Below, in pieces: positions 9,126 through 19,193 of a DNA stretch of 64,000 bases. How positions within the stretch are numbered: the stretch's first letter is position 1; every line of letters starts with the position of its first letter. Source of the DNA: Candidatus Latescibacterota bacterium. Its GTDB lineage: Bacteria > Latescibacterota > UBA2968 > UBA8231. The DNA is taken from NCBI GenBank assembly GCA_965223905.1, contig CBDCXV010000001.1, positions 1,024,001-1,088,000 on the forward strand, read 5' to 3'. Under the pieces are notes generated by a model. It was given only the letters and a program-made list of their open reading frames with translations. It was not told where the DNA came from and made no database searches. Position numbers and translations under genes: made by a program.

Positions 9126-10385
9126 ATGCAGGAGAATCTTCCCCAGCACTCCCGTCCCTCGGCGCTGGCCGTAACCGACCTGCGGGTCGCGCGTCTGCTC
9201 GGCGCCCCGTTCCACAGCTGCCTGATCCGCATCGACACGAACCAGGGGCTCAGCGGTTACGGTGAGGTGCGCGACGGCGCCAGCGCGACCTACGCCCTGA
9301 TGCTCAAATCCCGCCTGCTGGGTGAGAATCCGTGCGACGTCGACCGGCTGTTCCGCCGCATCAGGCAGTTCGGCCATCACGGCAGGCAGGGAGGGGGGGT
9401 CAGCGCCGTGGAGATGGCGCTGATGGACCTCGCCGGCAGGGGGTACGGAGTGCCGGCGTACGCCCTGGCCGGGGGCAGGTTCCGCGACCGCGTGCTCTGC
9501 TACTGCGACACCCCGACCACTGCCAGCGGCCGCGAGATGGGGAAGCGGCTGAAGCGGCGCATGGAGATGGGGTTCCGCTTCCTGAAGATGGATGTCGGGA
9601 TCGGCATGCTCCGCGGCCGGCCGGACTGCGTCATCGCACCCCCGGGAATGCTCGACAACGCAACCGTAATGCACCCCTTCACCGGAATTCAGCTGAGCGA
9701 CAAGGGGATCGGCCTGCTCTGCGAGTACGTCGCCGAGGTGCGCGAGGAGATCGGCTACGAGGTTCCTCTCGCCGCCGACCACTTCGGCCACCTCGGGCTG
9801 GAGTCATGCATCCGGCTGGGGAAGGCCCTCGACCCGTTCTCCCTGGCCTGGTACGAGGACATGATCCCCTGGCAGTTCACCGATCAGTACGTGCGCCTGT
9901 CCGAGGCGGTCGAGACGCCGGTCTGCACCGGCGAGGACATCTACCTGAAGGAGGGGTTCGCCGACCTGTTCCGCGAGCGGGCCATCGCCGTTGCCCATCC
10001 CGACCCGGCCACCTCCGGGGGCATCCTGGAGACCAAGAAGATCGGCGACGCCGCCCAGGACCGCGGCATCGCCATGGCCCTGCACATGGCGATGTCTCCG
10101 GTCGCCGCCCTGGCCGCCGTCCACTGCGCCGCGGCCACGGAGAACTTCCTCGCCCTGGAGAATCACTCGGTCGACGACCTCGAGCGCTGGAGCAGCCTCG
10201 TCGAGGGGCTGCCGAATCCCCTGATCGAGGACGGGCACATCGCCGTGCCGGAAGCGCCGGGCCTGGGGTTCGCGGACCTGAACCGGGAGGTGCTGCGGGA
10301 GTTCGCCGACCCCGGGGCCCCCGGGATCTTCGAACCCACGGACGAGTGGGACAACGAACGAACGAACGACCGCCTGTGGAGCTGA
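9126..10385 (+). CDS. Mandelate racemase/muconate lactonizing enzyme family (acid-sugar dehydratase-like)
   Basis: GYGEVRDG, SAVEMALMDLAG, FLKMD (KxD) and metal ligands in ADH/WYED/TGEDI. Confidence 0.9.
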   Translation: MQENLPQHSRPSALAVTDLRVARLLGAPFHSCLIRIDTNQGLSGYGEVRDGASATYALMLKSRLLGENPCDVDRLFRRIRQFGHHGRQGGGVSAVEMALMDLAGRGYGVPAYALAGGRFRDRVLCYCDTPTTASGREMGKRLKRRMEMGFRFLKMDVGIGMLRGRPDCVIAPPGMLDNATVMHPFTGIQLSDKGIGLLCEYVAEVREEIGYEVPLAADHFGHLGLESCIRLGKALDPFSLAWYEDMIPWQFTDQYVRLSEAVETPVCTGEDIYLKEGFADLFRERAIAVAHPDPATSGGILETKKIGDAAQDRGIAMALHMAMSPVAALAAVHCAAATENFLALENHSVDDLERWSSLVEGLPNPLIEDGHIAVPEAPGLGFADLNREVLREFADPGAPGIFEPTDEWDNERTNDRLWS

Positions 10386-11482
10386 TGGGCCGCTCCTACG
10401 AAATCGCCGTTCTCCCAGGGGACGGCGTCGGCCCCGAGGTGGTCGGCGCCACGCTGGTACTGCTCGAGGGGCTCGGCCTCGGTCTCGAGCTGCGCGAGTA
10501 CTCATGCGGGGCGGGCTGCTACCTCGAACGCGGGACCCCGCTTCCCGACGAGACCCTGGAGGCCTGCCGCAGCGCCGACGCCACCCTGCTCGGAGCCATG
10601 GGCGACCCGCAGGTGCGCTGGCCGGACGGGACCGAGCTGCGGCCTCAGGTCGACCTGCGCTTCAAGCTCGACCTTTACGCCGGGGTGCGGCCGATCTACC
10701 TGTACGCCGGGCACCACACGCCGCTGCGCGGCATCGCTGCCGGGGAGATCGATTTCGTCCTCCTGCGCGAGAACGTCGAGGGGTTGTTCGCCTCGATGGA
10801 CGCCGGGATCGACCTGCGCGGCGAAACCGCCATCGACAGCATGGTGATCACCCGCACCGGCACCGAACGGGTGGTGCGCTTCGCCTTCGAGCTGGCCCGG
10901 GAACGCCTGCGCGAGCGAGGTGACGGCGGTACGCTTCCATCGCGGGAGGCCTGCGTGACCTGCGTCGACAAGGCCAACATCCTGAGATCGATGGCCTTCT
11001 TCCGCCGCGTCTTCGACGAGGTGGCAGCCGGCTACCCCGATATCGGCAGCGGCCACGCCTACGTCGACGCCATGGCGCTGTACCTGGTGCAGCGGCCCCG
11101 GGATTTCGACCTGCTGGTGATGGAGAACATGTATGGAGACATTCTCTCCGATCTGGCCGCAGGGCTCGTCGGAGGCATGGGCATGGCCCCGTCGGGGGAC
11201 ATCGGCGAGGAGGCCGCGGTTTTCCAGCCCTCCCACGGGACCGCGCCCGACATAGCCGGACAGGAGGTGGCCAACCCGGTGGCTACGATCCTGTCGGCCG
11301 CCATGATGCTGCGCTGGCTCGGGCACCGGCACGAGGACGAGCAGGCGCTTGCCGCTGCGGAGCGCGTCGGCCGCGCCGTGGAGGAGGTGCTGGCCGACCC
11401 GAAGGCGGGAACACCCGACCTCGGGGGCGGGATGACGACAGGCGAGTTGGCACGCGAGATCGCCGCCGCGACAGCTCGCTGA
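10385..11482 (+). CDS. Isocitrate/isopropylmalate/tartrate dehydrogenase family protein
   Basis: ATG 10385 overlaps the upstream [54 protein letters not shown]. Confidence 0.9.
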   Translation: MGRSYEIAVLPGDGVGPEVVGATLVLLEGLGLGLELREYSCGAGCYLERGTPLPDETLEACRSADATLLGAMGDPQVRWPDGTELRPQVDLRFKLDLYAGVRPIYLYAGHHTPLRGIAAGEIDFVLLRENVEGLFASMDAGIDLRGETAIDSMVITRTGTERVVRFAFELARERLRERGDGGTLPSREACVTCVDKANILRSMAFFRRVFDEVAAGYPDIGSGHAYVDAMALYLVQRPRDFDLLVMENMYGDILSDLAAGLVGGMGMAPSGDIGEEAAVFQPSHGTAPDIAGQEVANPVATILSAAMMLRWLGHRHEDEQALAAAERVGRAVEEVLADPKAGTPDLGGGMTTGELAREIAAATAR

Positions 11483-11495
11483 CAACAGACCAGGA

Positions 11496-12362
11496 ATGGG
11501 CGAACGCATGGTTGCGGAGATACGGGACAGCGACGTCGAGTTCTACCGCGAGAACGGGTACCTGGTCGTTCCCGGTCTCGCCGCCGGCGAGGTCGAGGCG
11601 CTCAGGGCGGACGCCCTCCGCCTCTGCCGGGGGGAGTACGTGCACGAGAACCTGCCGCCGGTCGGCAACGGTGCCAGCGATGACGAGGCCCTGGGGCGCT
11701 ACCTGTGCATCCACCATCCTCACAAGATCAGCCCGGTTGCGCTCGAGACCGGCGTCATGCACCCCGGCATGGCGAAGGTGCTGGCGCGTCTGGTCGGACC
11801 GGACGTCAAGTGCATGCAGTCGATGCTGTTCATCAAGCCCCCGGGATTCCAGGGGCAGGCCTGGCACCAGGACGAGATCTTCATCCCGACGCGCGACCAC
11901 AGCCTGACCGGGGGCTGGATCGCCCTCGACGACGCCACCCTCGACAACGGCTGCATCTGGGTGCTGCCCGGCTCTCACAAGGGCGTGCTCTACGAGCAGC
12001 GGGCCCACGACGACGACGAGGAGTTCGACCGCACCGGTGAATCGCACGGCTTCGACGAAAGCGGCGAGACTCCTGTCGAGGCGAAGGCCGGGGACGTCGT
12101 CTTCTTCGACGGCTACCTCCTGCACCGGTCGCGGCGCAACCGCAGCAGCTTCTACCGCCGGGTGCTCGTCAACCACTACATGAGCGCTCATTCCCTGCTT
12201 CCCTGGCAGCCGCGCGAGGGGGAACGCCCGGCGAACGCCGACTACCGCGACATCGTTATGGTGCACGGCCGCGACCCCTACGCCTGGAAGGGGACGGAGG
12301 ACCGCAGCCGGGTCAGCATCCGCATCTGCAAGGCAGCCGAAGAGCTGCACGACCGCAGCTAG
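11496..12362 (+). CDS. Phytanoyl-CoA dioxygenase (PhyH) family Fe(II)/2-oxoglutarate oxygenase
   Basis: [13 protein letters not shown] (HxD), [21 protein letters not shown] and distal His in LLHRS..N...R. Confidence 0.92.
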   Translation: MGERMVAEIRDSDVEFYRENGYLVVPGLAAGEVEALRADALRLCRGEYVHENLPPVGNGASDDEALGRYLCIHHPHKISPVALETGVMHPGMAKVLARLVGPDVKCMQSMLFIKPPGFQGQAWHQDEIFIPTRDHSLTGGWIALDDATLDNGCIWVLPGSHKGVLYEQRAHDDDEEFDRTGESHGFDESGETPVEAKAGDVVFFDGYLLHRSRRNRSSFYRRVLVNHYMSAHSLLPWQPREGERPANADYRDIVMVHGRDPYAWKGTEDRSRVSIRICKAAEELHDRS

Positions 12363-12371
12363 CGGCAAGCG

Positions 12372-13550
12372 ATGGATCGGCGCAGGTTTCTGGCCAGGGC
12401 CGGCGCGGCGCTGGCAACCCTGCCGCTGGCGGCGGCGGCCTCGAGACCGGTCGGCAAGCTGCTGCAGGCCCCGGGCCGGGCCCGCCTGCGCGACCTCGGA
12501 ATCGCCATCGGCTCACTGTCTCCGGGAACCCACAACGCCATAACCGACGTCGCCGGCATCGCCGTCGGCCACACGACGCTGATCTTCGGGGAGGGCCCCC
12601 TGGTGGTCGGCCGCGGTCCGGTGCGCACCGGGGTCACCGCAGTGCTTGCCCGGGGGGACCTGGCGCGCACCCCCGTGCCCGCGGCCGATCTGACCCTCAA
12701 CGGCAACGGCGAGCTGACCGGCGTCGGAGCAGTGCGCCGCAGCGGCCGCCTGGGGGCGCCGATTCTGTTCACCGACACCGGCAGCATCGGTCCGGTGTAC
12801 GAAGGCTGTCTCGACTACATGCTGCAGCGCGACCCCGGGCTGTTCGGTTATCCGGGGCGGCCGGAGCCTGTGGTCGGGGAGACCTGGGCGGACTTCCTGC
12901 ACGACACTGCCGGCCGGCACGTTCTACCCGGGCACGCAATCGCCGCCATACAGTCGGCCCGCCCCGGCCCGGTGGCGGAAGGGTGCGTCGGCGGCGGCAC
13001 CGGCATGAGGGCGTACTCGTTCAAGGCCGGGATCGGCACGGCATCGCGGCTGGTGCCTGTCGCCGGGTCCGGCTACACAGTCGGGGTGCTGCTGCAGGCG
13101 AACCACGGCCGTCGCCGGCAGCTGCGGGTCGACGGGGTTCCGGTCGGCCGCGAGATCCCCGACCTGCTGCCGGAGCGCGGCCGCGGCCGCCCCGCGGCCC
13201 CCGGGAATTCGCTGCTGATCGCCGTCGCCACCGACGCCCCGCTCCTGCCCCTGCAGCTGCGGAGGCTGTGCAAGCGGGCGGCCCTCGGCATGGCGCGAAC
13301 CGGCGGAATCTCCACCCACGGAAGCGGCGATCTCATCATCGCCTTTTCGACCGCGGCGGAGAGCGGCCGGGTGCTGCATTTCTCCCACCTGTCGGCGCTT
13401 TACCAGGGGGTCGTCGAGGCGACGGAGGAAGCGATCTACAACTCGCTGACCGCGGCGACGACCACCGCGGGCCGCGACGGCAACACTATCCACGCCCTGC
13501 CGCTCGACCGGCTCGCCGCGGTCATGCGCGAGCACGGCCGCCTGAAATGA
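12372..13550 (+). CDS. DmpA/BapA-like peptidase (family S58/P1) with Tat signal
   Basis: MDRRRFL twin-arginine leader; NAITDVAGIAVGH, RTGVT, NGNGELTG, EGCVGGGTGM; autocleavage G|SGD intact. Confidence 0.9.
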   Translation: MDRRRFLARAGAALATLPLAAAASRPVGKLLQAPGRARLRDLGIAIGSLSPGTHNAITDVAGIAVGHTTLIFGEGPLVVGRGPVRTGVTAVLARGDLARTPVPAADLTLNGNGELTGVGAVRRSGRLGAPILFTDTGSIGPVYEGCLDYMLQRDPGLFGYPGRPEPVVGETWADFLHDTAGRHVLPGHAIAAIQSARPGPVAEGCVGGGTGMRAYSFKAGIGTASRLVPVAGSGYTVGVLLQANHGRRRQLRVDGVPVGREIPDLLPERGRGRPAAPGNSLLIAVATDAPLLPLQLRRLCKRAALGMARTGGISTHGSGDLIIAFSTAAESGRVLHFSHLSALYQGVVEATEEAIYNSLTAATTTAGRDGNTIHALPLDRLAAVMREHGRLK

Positions 13551-14686
13551 GACTGCGCGATCTCGGGCTGACCATCGGTGCAGCGCCGCCCGGCCCCCGC
13601 AACAGCATCGCCGACGTCTCGGGGGTGCGGGTCGGCCACGCGACGATAGCGACCCCCGCAGTGGGGACCGGGGTGACCGTCGTGGTCGCCGGCAGCGCCG
13701 CGGGACGGCTCTTCGTCGGCCGTTACAGCGTCGACGGCGGGGATCGTCTTACCGGGCTCGGGGTCACCGAGGACTTCGGCGCCATTTCGGCCCCGGTCGC
13801 CCTCGTTCCGGCGGCTGCGGTAGGCAGGATCTACGACGCCCTGATCCAGCGCGGTCTCGGCGTCGACCCCGGCCTGTCGGAAGACACCGGTTGGCCGCCG
13901 GTGGTGATCGGGGTGAACGACAGCGGGCTGAACCTGCCGGCCGACACCCGCGCCGCGGTGCGCGAGGAGCACCTGGCCGAGGCGCTGAACGCGCTTCGAG
14001 GGTCTCAGGGGAAGGGCGAGAATGTTCCCAACCCATCGGGTTCCCCCTCTGCCGGCGCTGCCTCGCAGGTGCGCGAGGGTTCCGTCGGAATCGGTGCCGG
14101 GCTGGCGGCGTTCGGGTTTCGCGGCGGTCTGGGAACCTCTTCCCGTCTCCAGGGGGCTCATGTGGTCGGCGCCCTCGTCGCTGTCAACGGCGGCACCCGG
14201 TCCCGATTGGCAGTAGACGGCTGGCCTGTGATTCTTCCCGAGGCCGCGGCGGAATCGACCCCCCTGAGCAGCGGTAGTTTCGCCGCCGTGCTGGCGACCG
14301 ACGCGCCGCTGTCACCGCGCCAGCTCGACCATCTGGCCGGGCGCGCCGCCTTCGGCCTGGTGCGGGTGGGGCTCCTGGAGGAACGGACCCCCGAAGGCCT
14401 GGTGCTGGCGCTGTCGACGACGGGGCTCGTCGATGGCGAGCCCCGCTCTGACGACGGCACTGTCGGGATGCGCTCCCTTGCAGACACCGAGCTGCCTCCC
14501 CTTTTCGCCGCGGCCGCCGAGGCCTGCGAGGAGGCGGTCCTCAACGGGCTGCTGCAGGCCGACCCCCTGGCGCCGGCACATGACCCCGGAATGACGCCGT
14601 TGCGTCAGCAGGGGCTGGAGGCGCTGCCTTCGGAGGGCTGGCCGGACGAGATTCGCCGGCAACAGCAACGGCATGGCCGAATCTGA
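13547..14686 (+). CDS. Degenerate DmpA-like (S58/P1) paralog
   Basis: ATGA overlap with the previous gene. RLRDLG, NSIADVSGVRVGH, EGSVGIGAG and ATDAPL present; GSGD absent. Confidence 0.8.
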   Translation: MRLRDLGLTIGAAPPGPRNSIADVSGVRVGHATIATPAVGTGVTVVVAGSAAGRLFVGRYSVDGGDRLTGLGVTEDFGAISAPVALVPAAAVGRIYDALIQRGLGVDPGLSEDTGWPPVVIGVNDSGLNLPADTRAAVREEHLAEALNALRGSQGKGENVPNPSGSPSAGAASQVREGSVGIGAGLAAFGFRGGLGTSSRLQGAHVVGALVAVNGGTRSRLAVDGWPVILPEAAAESTPLSSGSFAAVLATDAPLSPRQLDHLAGRAAFGLVRVGLLEERTPEGLVLALSTTGLVDGEPRSDDGTVGMRSLADTELPPLFAAAAEACEEAVLNGLLQADPLAPAHDPGMTPLRQQGLEALPSEGWPDEIRRQQQRHGRI

Positions 14687-15824
14687 ACTGCTGGCCGACG
14701 CCGCGCGGATTCGGCGGCTGCGGGCGCGGCTGCTCGCGTGGTACGGCCTCCACAAGCGCCAGCTGCCCTGGCGCGACGCCGCCGACCCCTACCAGGTCTG
14801 GGTCTCGGAAATCATGCTGCAGCAGACCCGCGTCGAACAGATGCGGGGCTACTTCGAGCGCTTCGTCGCGACCTTTCCTACGGTCGAGTCCCTGGCCGAG
14901 GCTCCCGAGGAGGCGGTGCTCAAAGCCTGGGAGGGCCTCGGCTACTACGCCCGCGCCCGCAACCTGCAGGCCGCGGCGAAAAAGGTGGTGGCCGAATTCG
15001 ACGGACAGCTGCCGCAGAACCTCGAGCAGCTGCTCGAGTTGCCGGGGATCGGCCCCTACACCGCGGCCGCGGTCAGCAGCATCGCCTTCGACTGCGACCA
15101 CCCGGTGCTCGACGGCAACGTCACCCGCGTCCTCTGCCGGCTGCTGCTCGTCGAGGAGGATCCCCGCAGGGCGGCAGTCAGGACGCGGCTGATCGCCGCG
15201 GGGGAACGCCTGCTGGCGCGCGGCAGGGCCGGCGATTTCAACCAGGCGCTGATGGAGCTCGGGGCCCGCGTCTGTACGCCGTCGCGGCCCCGTTGCGGCG
15301 ACTGTCCGCTGGCGGAGTTCTGCGCCGCCCGCAGCGAGCTCGACGACCCGGCCTGTCTGCCGGTGAAGGCCGGCAGGAAGAAGCGGCCTCACTACGAAGT
15401 GGCTGCCGGCCTGATATGGAAGGGGGGGCGCCTGCTGATCGCGCGGCGGCCGGCGGGCGGCATGCTCGGCGGCCTGTGGGAATTCCCCGGCGGCAAGAGG
15501 GAGGGAGGCGAATCCTGCGCCGACTGTCTGCGGCGCGAGATAAGGGAGGAGCTCGACTTCGACATCGAGGTGGGGGATCACCTGGTCAGCGTCGACCACG
15601 GGTACAGCCATTTCACCATCACCCTGCACGCCTTCGAAGCCCGCTACGCCGGTGGTCGGCCGCGCGCCGTCGGCTGCGACGAGTGGAGGTGGGTCAGTCC
15701 CGGGCAACTGGGCGACTACGCGATGCCGCGGGCGGACCGCCGCGTGCTCGAACGGTTGGCAGGCAGCCCGGAGCAGGGATGCCTGTATTCATCACTCACC
15801 GAGGAGAGTATTCGTGGCGGCTGA
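14673..15824 (+). CDS. mutY: A/G-specific adenine glycosylase MutY with C-terminal Nudix domain
   Basis: VSEIMLQQTRV, WEGLGYYARARNL, HhH LPGIGPYTA, DGNVTRV and Fe-S motif CTPSRPRCGDCPLAEFC. Confidence 0.95.
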   Translation: MAESELLADAARIRRLRARLLAWYGLHKRQLPWRDAADPYQVWVSEIMLQQTRVEQMRGYFERFVATFPTVESLAEAPEEAVLKAWEGLGYYARARNLQAAAKKVVAEFDGQLPQNLEQLLELPGIGPYTAAAVSSIAFDCDHPVLDGNVTRVLCRLLLVEEDPRRAAVRTRLIAAGERLLARGRAGDFNQALMELGARVCTPSRPRCGDCPLAEFCAARSELDDPACLPVKAGRKKRPHYEVAAGLIWKGGRLLIARRPAGGMLGGLWEFPGGKREGGESCADCLRREIREELDFDIEVGDHLVSVDHGYSHFTITLHAFEARYAGGRPRAVGCDEWRWVSPGQLGDYAMPRADRRVLERLAGSPEQGCLYSSLTEESIRGG

Positions 15825-16728
15825 GCACTCGCAGGGAAAGGGAAGGCATCGTGCGCCGGGCCTCGTGCTGCGGGGGATCTGCATGGGGATCGCCGACGTC
15901 ATTCCAGGTGTTTCGGGAGGGACCGTCGCCCTGATAACGGGGATTTACGACGATCTCGTCGGCTCCCTGGCCGCGGTCGACGCGCGCCTCCTGAGCAGCC
16001 TGTTCCGCGGCCGCTTGCGGGATGCCTGGAGGCTGATCAACGGCAGCTTCCTGATGCCCCTTGGCGCCGGCATCGGCGTGGCCATCTTCAGTCTGGCGCG
16101 CCTCATCACCTACTTGCTCTCCAACCATCCGGTTCCTGTCTGGGGGTTTCTCACCGGGCTGATCGCCGCCAGCGCCGTCGTCGTCGGCCGGCGCGCCGGC
16201 AGGTGGAACTTCGGACTGCTGATCGCCGCCTGCTGCGGGGTGGCGGCAGGATACGGCATCAGTACCGCGATACCGGTGCAGACGGGAGAAGGGCCGGTCG
16301 AGTTTCTGCTGTCCGGTGCGGTTGCGAGCGTGGCAATGATCCTGCCCGGCATCAGTGGCAGCTTCATCCTTCTTCTGCTCGGAAAGTACCGGCAGGTCTT
16401 TCAGGCGGTCGCCGATCTCGACCTCGAGATCCTCGTCGTCTTCGGGGCCGGCTTCGCCTTCGGGATTCTGCTGTTCGCCAAGATCCTCAAACGCCTGCTC
16501 GCCCGCGTGCACGGGCCGACCATGGCGTTCCTCGTGGGACTGATGGCCGGGTCGCTGCGCCGCGTCTGGCCGTTCCGCGAACCCGCGGCCGGTGCGGACG
16601 GAGACCGCTACACCTGCGTGTTTCCGGCGGAGATGGGGGCGGAGACTGTAGCGGTGCTGGGGCTGATGGTTGCCGGCGCCCTTCTCGTGGTGGCACTCGA
16701 AGCGGTCGCGCGGGGTTCGCGGCGGTAA
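15814..16728 (+). CDS. DUF368 family membrane protein (undecaprenyl-phosphate translocase family)
   Basis: GTG 15814 after GAGGAG. GIADVIPGVSGGTVA and AMILPGISGSFILLLLG re-entrant repeats. Confidence 0.9.
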   Translation: MAAEHSQGKGRHRAPGLVLRGICMGIADVIPGVSGGTVALITGIYDDLVGSLAAVDARLLSSLFRGRLRDAWRLINGSFLMPLGAGIGVAIFSLARLITYLLSNHPVPVWGFLTGLIAASAVVVGRRAGRWNFGLLIAACCGVAAGYGISTAIPVQTGEGPVEFLLSGAVASVAMILPGISGSFILLLLGKYRQVFQAVADLDLEILVVFGAGFAFGILLFAKILKRLLARVHGPTMAFLVGLMAGSLRRVWPFREPAAGADGDRYTCVFPAEMGAETVAVLGLMVAGALLVVALEAVARGSRR

Positions 16729-16731
16729 CTG

Positions 16732-16986
16732 CTATTTTTGGGAGTCGTCCTGGTCCAGCTCCCGCTCGGCGGCGCGGAAGCGGTTGATCCGGCGCACGAA
16801 GATGAACACCAGGCCGGCGAGAGCGGCGTACAGGACATACTGGTAAATCTCTTCCTGCCACCCCAGAACGACCGGCCACAGAGTGAGGATGCAGAGGAGG
16901 ATGAACAGATCCTCGAGCAGGCGGGCCCTTTTGGAGCGGCGCGCGCTCTCTTCTTCCGAAGGAGGAGGTGAATCCATTTCGGTCAC
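16732..16986 (-). CDS. Small two-helix membrane protein
   Basis: 84 aa with two hydrophobic segments; GTGA overlap with the transglycosylase stop. Confidence 0.6.
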   Translation of the reverse strand: MTEMDSPPPSEEESARRSKRARLLEDLFILLCILTLWPVVLGWQEEIYQYVLYAALAGLVFIFVRRINRFRAAERELDQDDSQK

Positions 16987-19193
16987 GCGCTCGAGAGGGC
17001 TTTGTAGATGTTGTAGCTCTTCAGCACCTTCTTCACGTACAGCCGCGTCTCCTTGTACGGGATGCGCTCGACGAAGGCGTCCGGATCGTCAAGCGGAAAG
17101 CGCCGCACCCACTTGTGAGCGGCGCTGGGCCCGGCGTTGTAGGCGGCGAGTCCGAGCTCGAAACCTACTTCCCGAGTCCGACCTGATGCAAAGGTGCGCA
17201 TCTGTTCCCCCAGGTACTGGGAGCCCATTCGAATCGAAACCGCCGGATCGAAAAGCATGCGTTTCTCGAACCGCCCCACTCCCGCGGAGCGAGCGAGCGT
17301 GCGCCCGGTTTTTGGCATGATCTGCATAAGGCCGACGGCTCCCGCGCGCGACACCGCGCCGTCGTCGAAGTAGCTCTCCTGCCTGATGACCGCCAGCACC
17401 AGGAACGGATCCAGCCCGGCTTCCTGGGCAGCCGTTTTCACCTGTTCCCAGTAATAGCTCGGGTAGAGGTAGGGGATCTCCTCTTCTCCGGACCCGGAGA
17501 AGAGTTTCGTGGACACAAGCAGGGCGCGGTCGAGGCTGCCGAGGTCCTCGAAACAGTCACGGATCAGCTTGAGAGCCTCGGTGTCGTCAAGGTTTTCGCG
17601 CTCCGCCTCGGAGAGCTCCTTCTCGGCGAGCGCCACCACTCCGATCCGGTCGAGCAGCTGTGCCCGCTGCAGGGTCTCCAACTCTTCGACTGCCACCCCG
17701 TACGCTTCCTCGACCGCCTTCGCTGCCACCGCGTTCAGGGCGGAGCGCTGATCGCGCTGCTTGCGCTTTGGCAGTTGCTTCTTCTTGTCTCCCCCCTCGT
17801 ATCCCATGCTGACCGCCCGCGCCGAGTAGTATGAGCGGGGGAAGTTGGCTGCGGCCCGCTGGAACATCGCCCCCGCCTCCCTCTTGAGCCCGAGGTTCTC
17901 GGCGCTCTTTCCGGCCCAGAAGAAGCTCTGGTCGATGATGTGCGGTTCCGATGCCTTGGCGCCTGCCTTCTGGAATGAATGGAGCGACTCCCGGTAGCGC
18001 TCGGCGCAGTACAGCATGAAAGCGGCGCTCCATCTCGATTCGTCGCTCTTCGGGCTGTCGGGATAACGATCCGCCAGGCGGGAGAACAGATTGCGCGCGC
18101 GCATGAAGTCGCTGCCGCGCTCGGCCGCCTTGGCCGCCTGCCACAGGGCATCATCGGCGAGGCTGTGCTCGGGGTGTTCGGCGACGAGCCGTACATAGGT
18201 GGCGATGGCGTCCTTGTCGCGGTTGCGGCGAACCTGGATCCCGCCGATGCGGTACAGGGCATCGGGCCGCAGGTGTTTCCTGTACAGCTCCTCGAAGGTT
18301 TTGCTGGCGAGGTCGAGCTCCCCGTTTCGCATGTAGGAACGGCCGAGCAGATATTGGGCTTCGTTGACGCGGTCGTGATCCGGGTGTTTCTCGATGAACT
18401 CGTCGAAGGCCTCGGCGCCGCGGCCGTGCCGGTAGAGAACGAAAGCGCGGGCGAAGGACTCTTCGGAAGTGCTCGGGCGCAGGCCGAGGGCCATGTCCAG
18501 GGCCTTGCGATGGCCGGCGTGCTCCGTCATCAGGCGGAGCCGGGCCTCGCTGGCGCCGCGGTTGTTGCCCGCCTGCTGCTGGATGACCGCCATGTCGTAG
18601 AGCAGCTCGGCTGCCTCGGGTGGAGTCGCCCGCAGCAGTTGTTGATCGTACAGCGTGACCGCCTTGTCGAACTCGCCGGCTTCTGTGAGCATCGCCGCGA
18701 GGTAGAGACGCGCCGAATCCGCCACCACCCCTTCGAAGGTCGACAGCAGATCCTGGTAGCCGAGCCGTGCGCACTGCAGCTCTCCCATCTCCTCCAGGGC
18801 TCGCGCCATCCAGAGTCGGCGGTAGGACTCGAGCTCGGGGATTTCGTCCACGAGCAGTTGCAGGCGGGCATGGGCCTTGCGCGGTTCGCCCAGGCGCCGC
18901 TCGCAAACGGCTCGCTGGTAGGCGAGCAGGGGGAGGTCGCCTTCGGTGAGGGACTCCGCATCGACCTCCTTCAGCAGGCGATATGCTGCGTCGAAGTCGC
19001 CGGCGGCTATGAGATCCCGCACCGTGCCCGAGACATCGGTCATTTTCGGTGGCTCTTCCTGCTCCTGTCGCAGCGCCAAACGGGGGGCGAAAAGCAACAG
19101 CGCCACCGTTGCGGCGAGAGCAAGGCCGGCGAGGGCGATTACGGCCCGGCGTCCGTGCCGTTTCTCCTGGTTGGTCGGTCGTGCTCTGGACAT
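16983..19193 (-). CDS. Lytic murein transglycosylase (SLT domain) with TPR repeats
   Basis: Likely start ATG 19193 (MSRARP) before a TM anchor. AVIRQES, SRAGAVGLMQIMP, AAYNAGP, IPYKETRLYVKKV. Confidence 0.9.
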   Translation of the reverse strand: MSRARPTNQEKRHGRRAVIALAGLALAATVALLLFAPRLALRQEQEEPPKMTDVSGTVRDLIAAGDFDAAYRLLKEVDAESLTEGDLPLLAYQRAVCERRLGEPRKAHARLQLLVDEIPELESYRRLWMARALEEMGELQCARLGYQDLLSTFEGVVADSARLYLAAMLTEAGEFDKAVTLYDQQLLRATPPEAAELLYDMAVIQQQAGNNRGASEARLRLMTEHAGHRKALDMALGLRPSTSEESFARAFVLYRHGRGAEAFDEFIEKHPDHDRVNEAQYLLGRSYMRNGELDLASKTFEELYRKHLRPDALYRIGGIQVRRNRDKDAIATYVRLVAEHPEHSLADDALWQAAKAAERGSDFMRARNLFSRLADRYPDSPKSDESRWSAAFMLYCAERYRESLHSFQKAGAKASEPHIIDQSFFWAGKSAENLGLKREAGAMFQRAAANFPRSYYSARAVSMGYEGGDKKKQLPKRKQRDQRSALNAVAAKAVEEAYGVAVEELETLQRAQLLDRIGVVALAEKELSEAERENLDDTEALKLIRDCFEDLGSLDRALLVSTKLFSGSGEEEIPYLYPSYYWEQVKTAAQEAGLDPFLVLAVIRQESYFDDGAVSRAGAVGLMQIMPKTGRTLARSAGVGRFEKRMLFDPAVSIRMGSQYLGEQMRTFASGRTREVGFELGLAAYNAGPSAAHKWVRRFPLDDPDAFVERIPYKETRLYVKKVLKSYNIYKALSSA

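Noticed and set aside
9332-14686. Long ORFs 9332-11482 and 12983-14686 suggesting fusions
   Set aside because: N-terminal parts are GC-driven alternate frames; real starts are coupled ATGs at 10385 and 13547.
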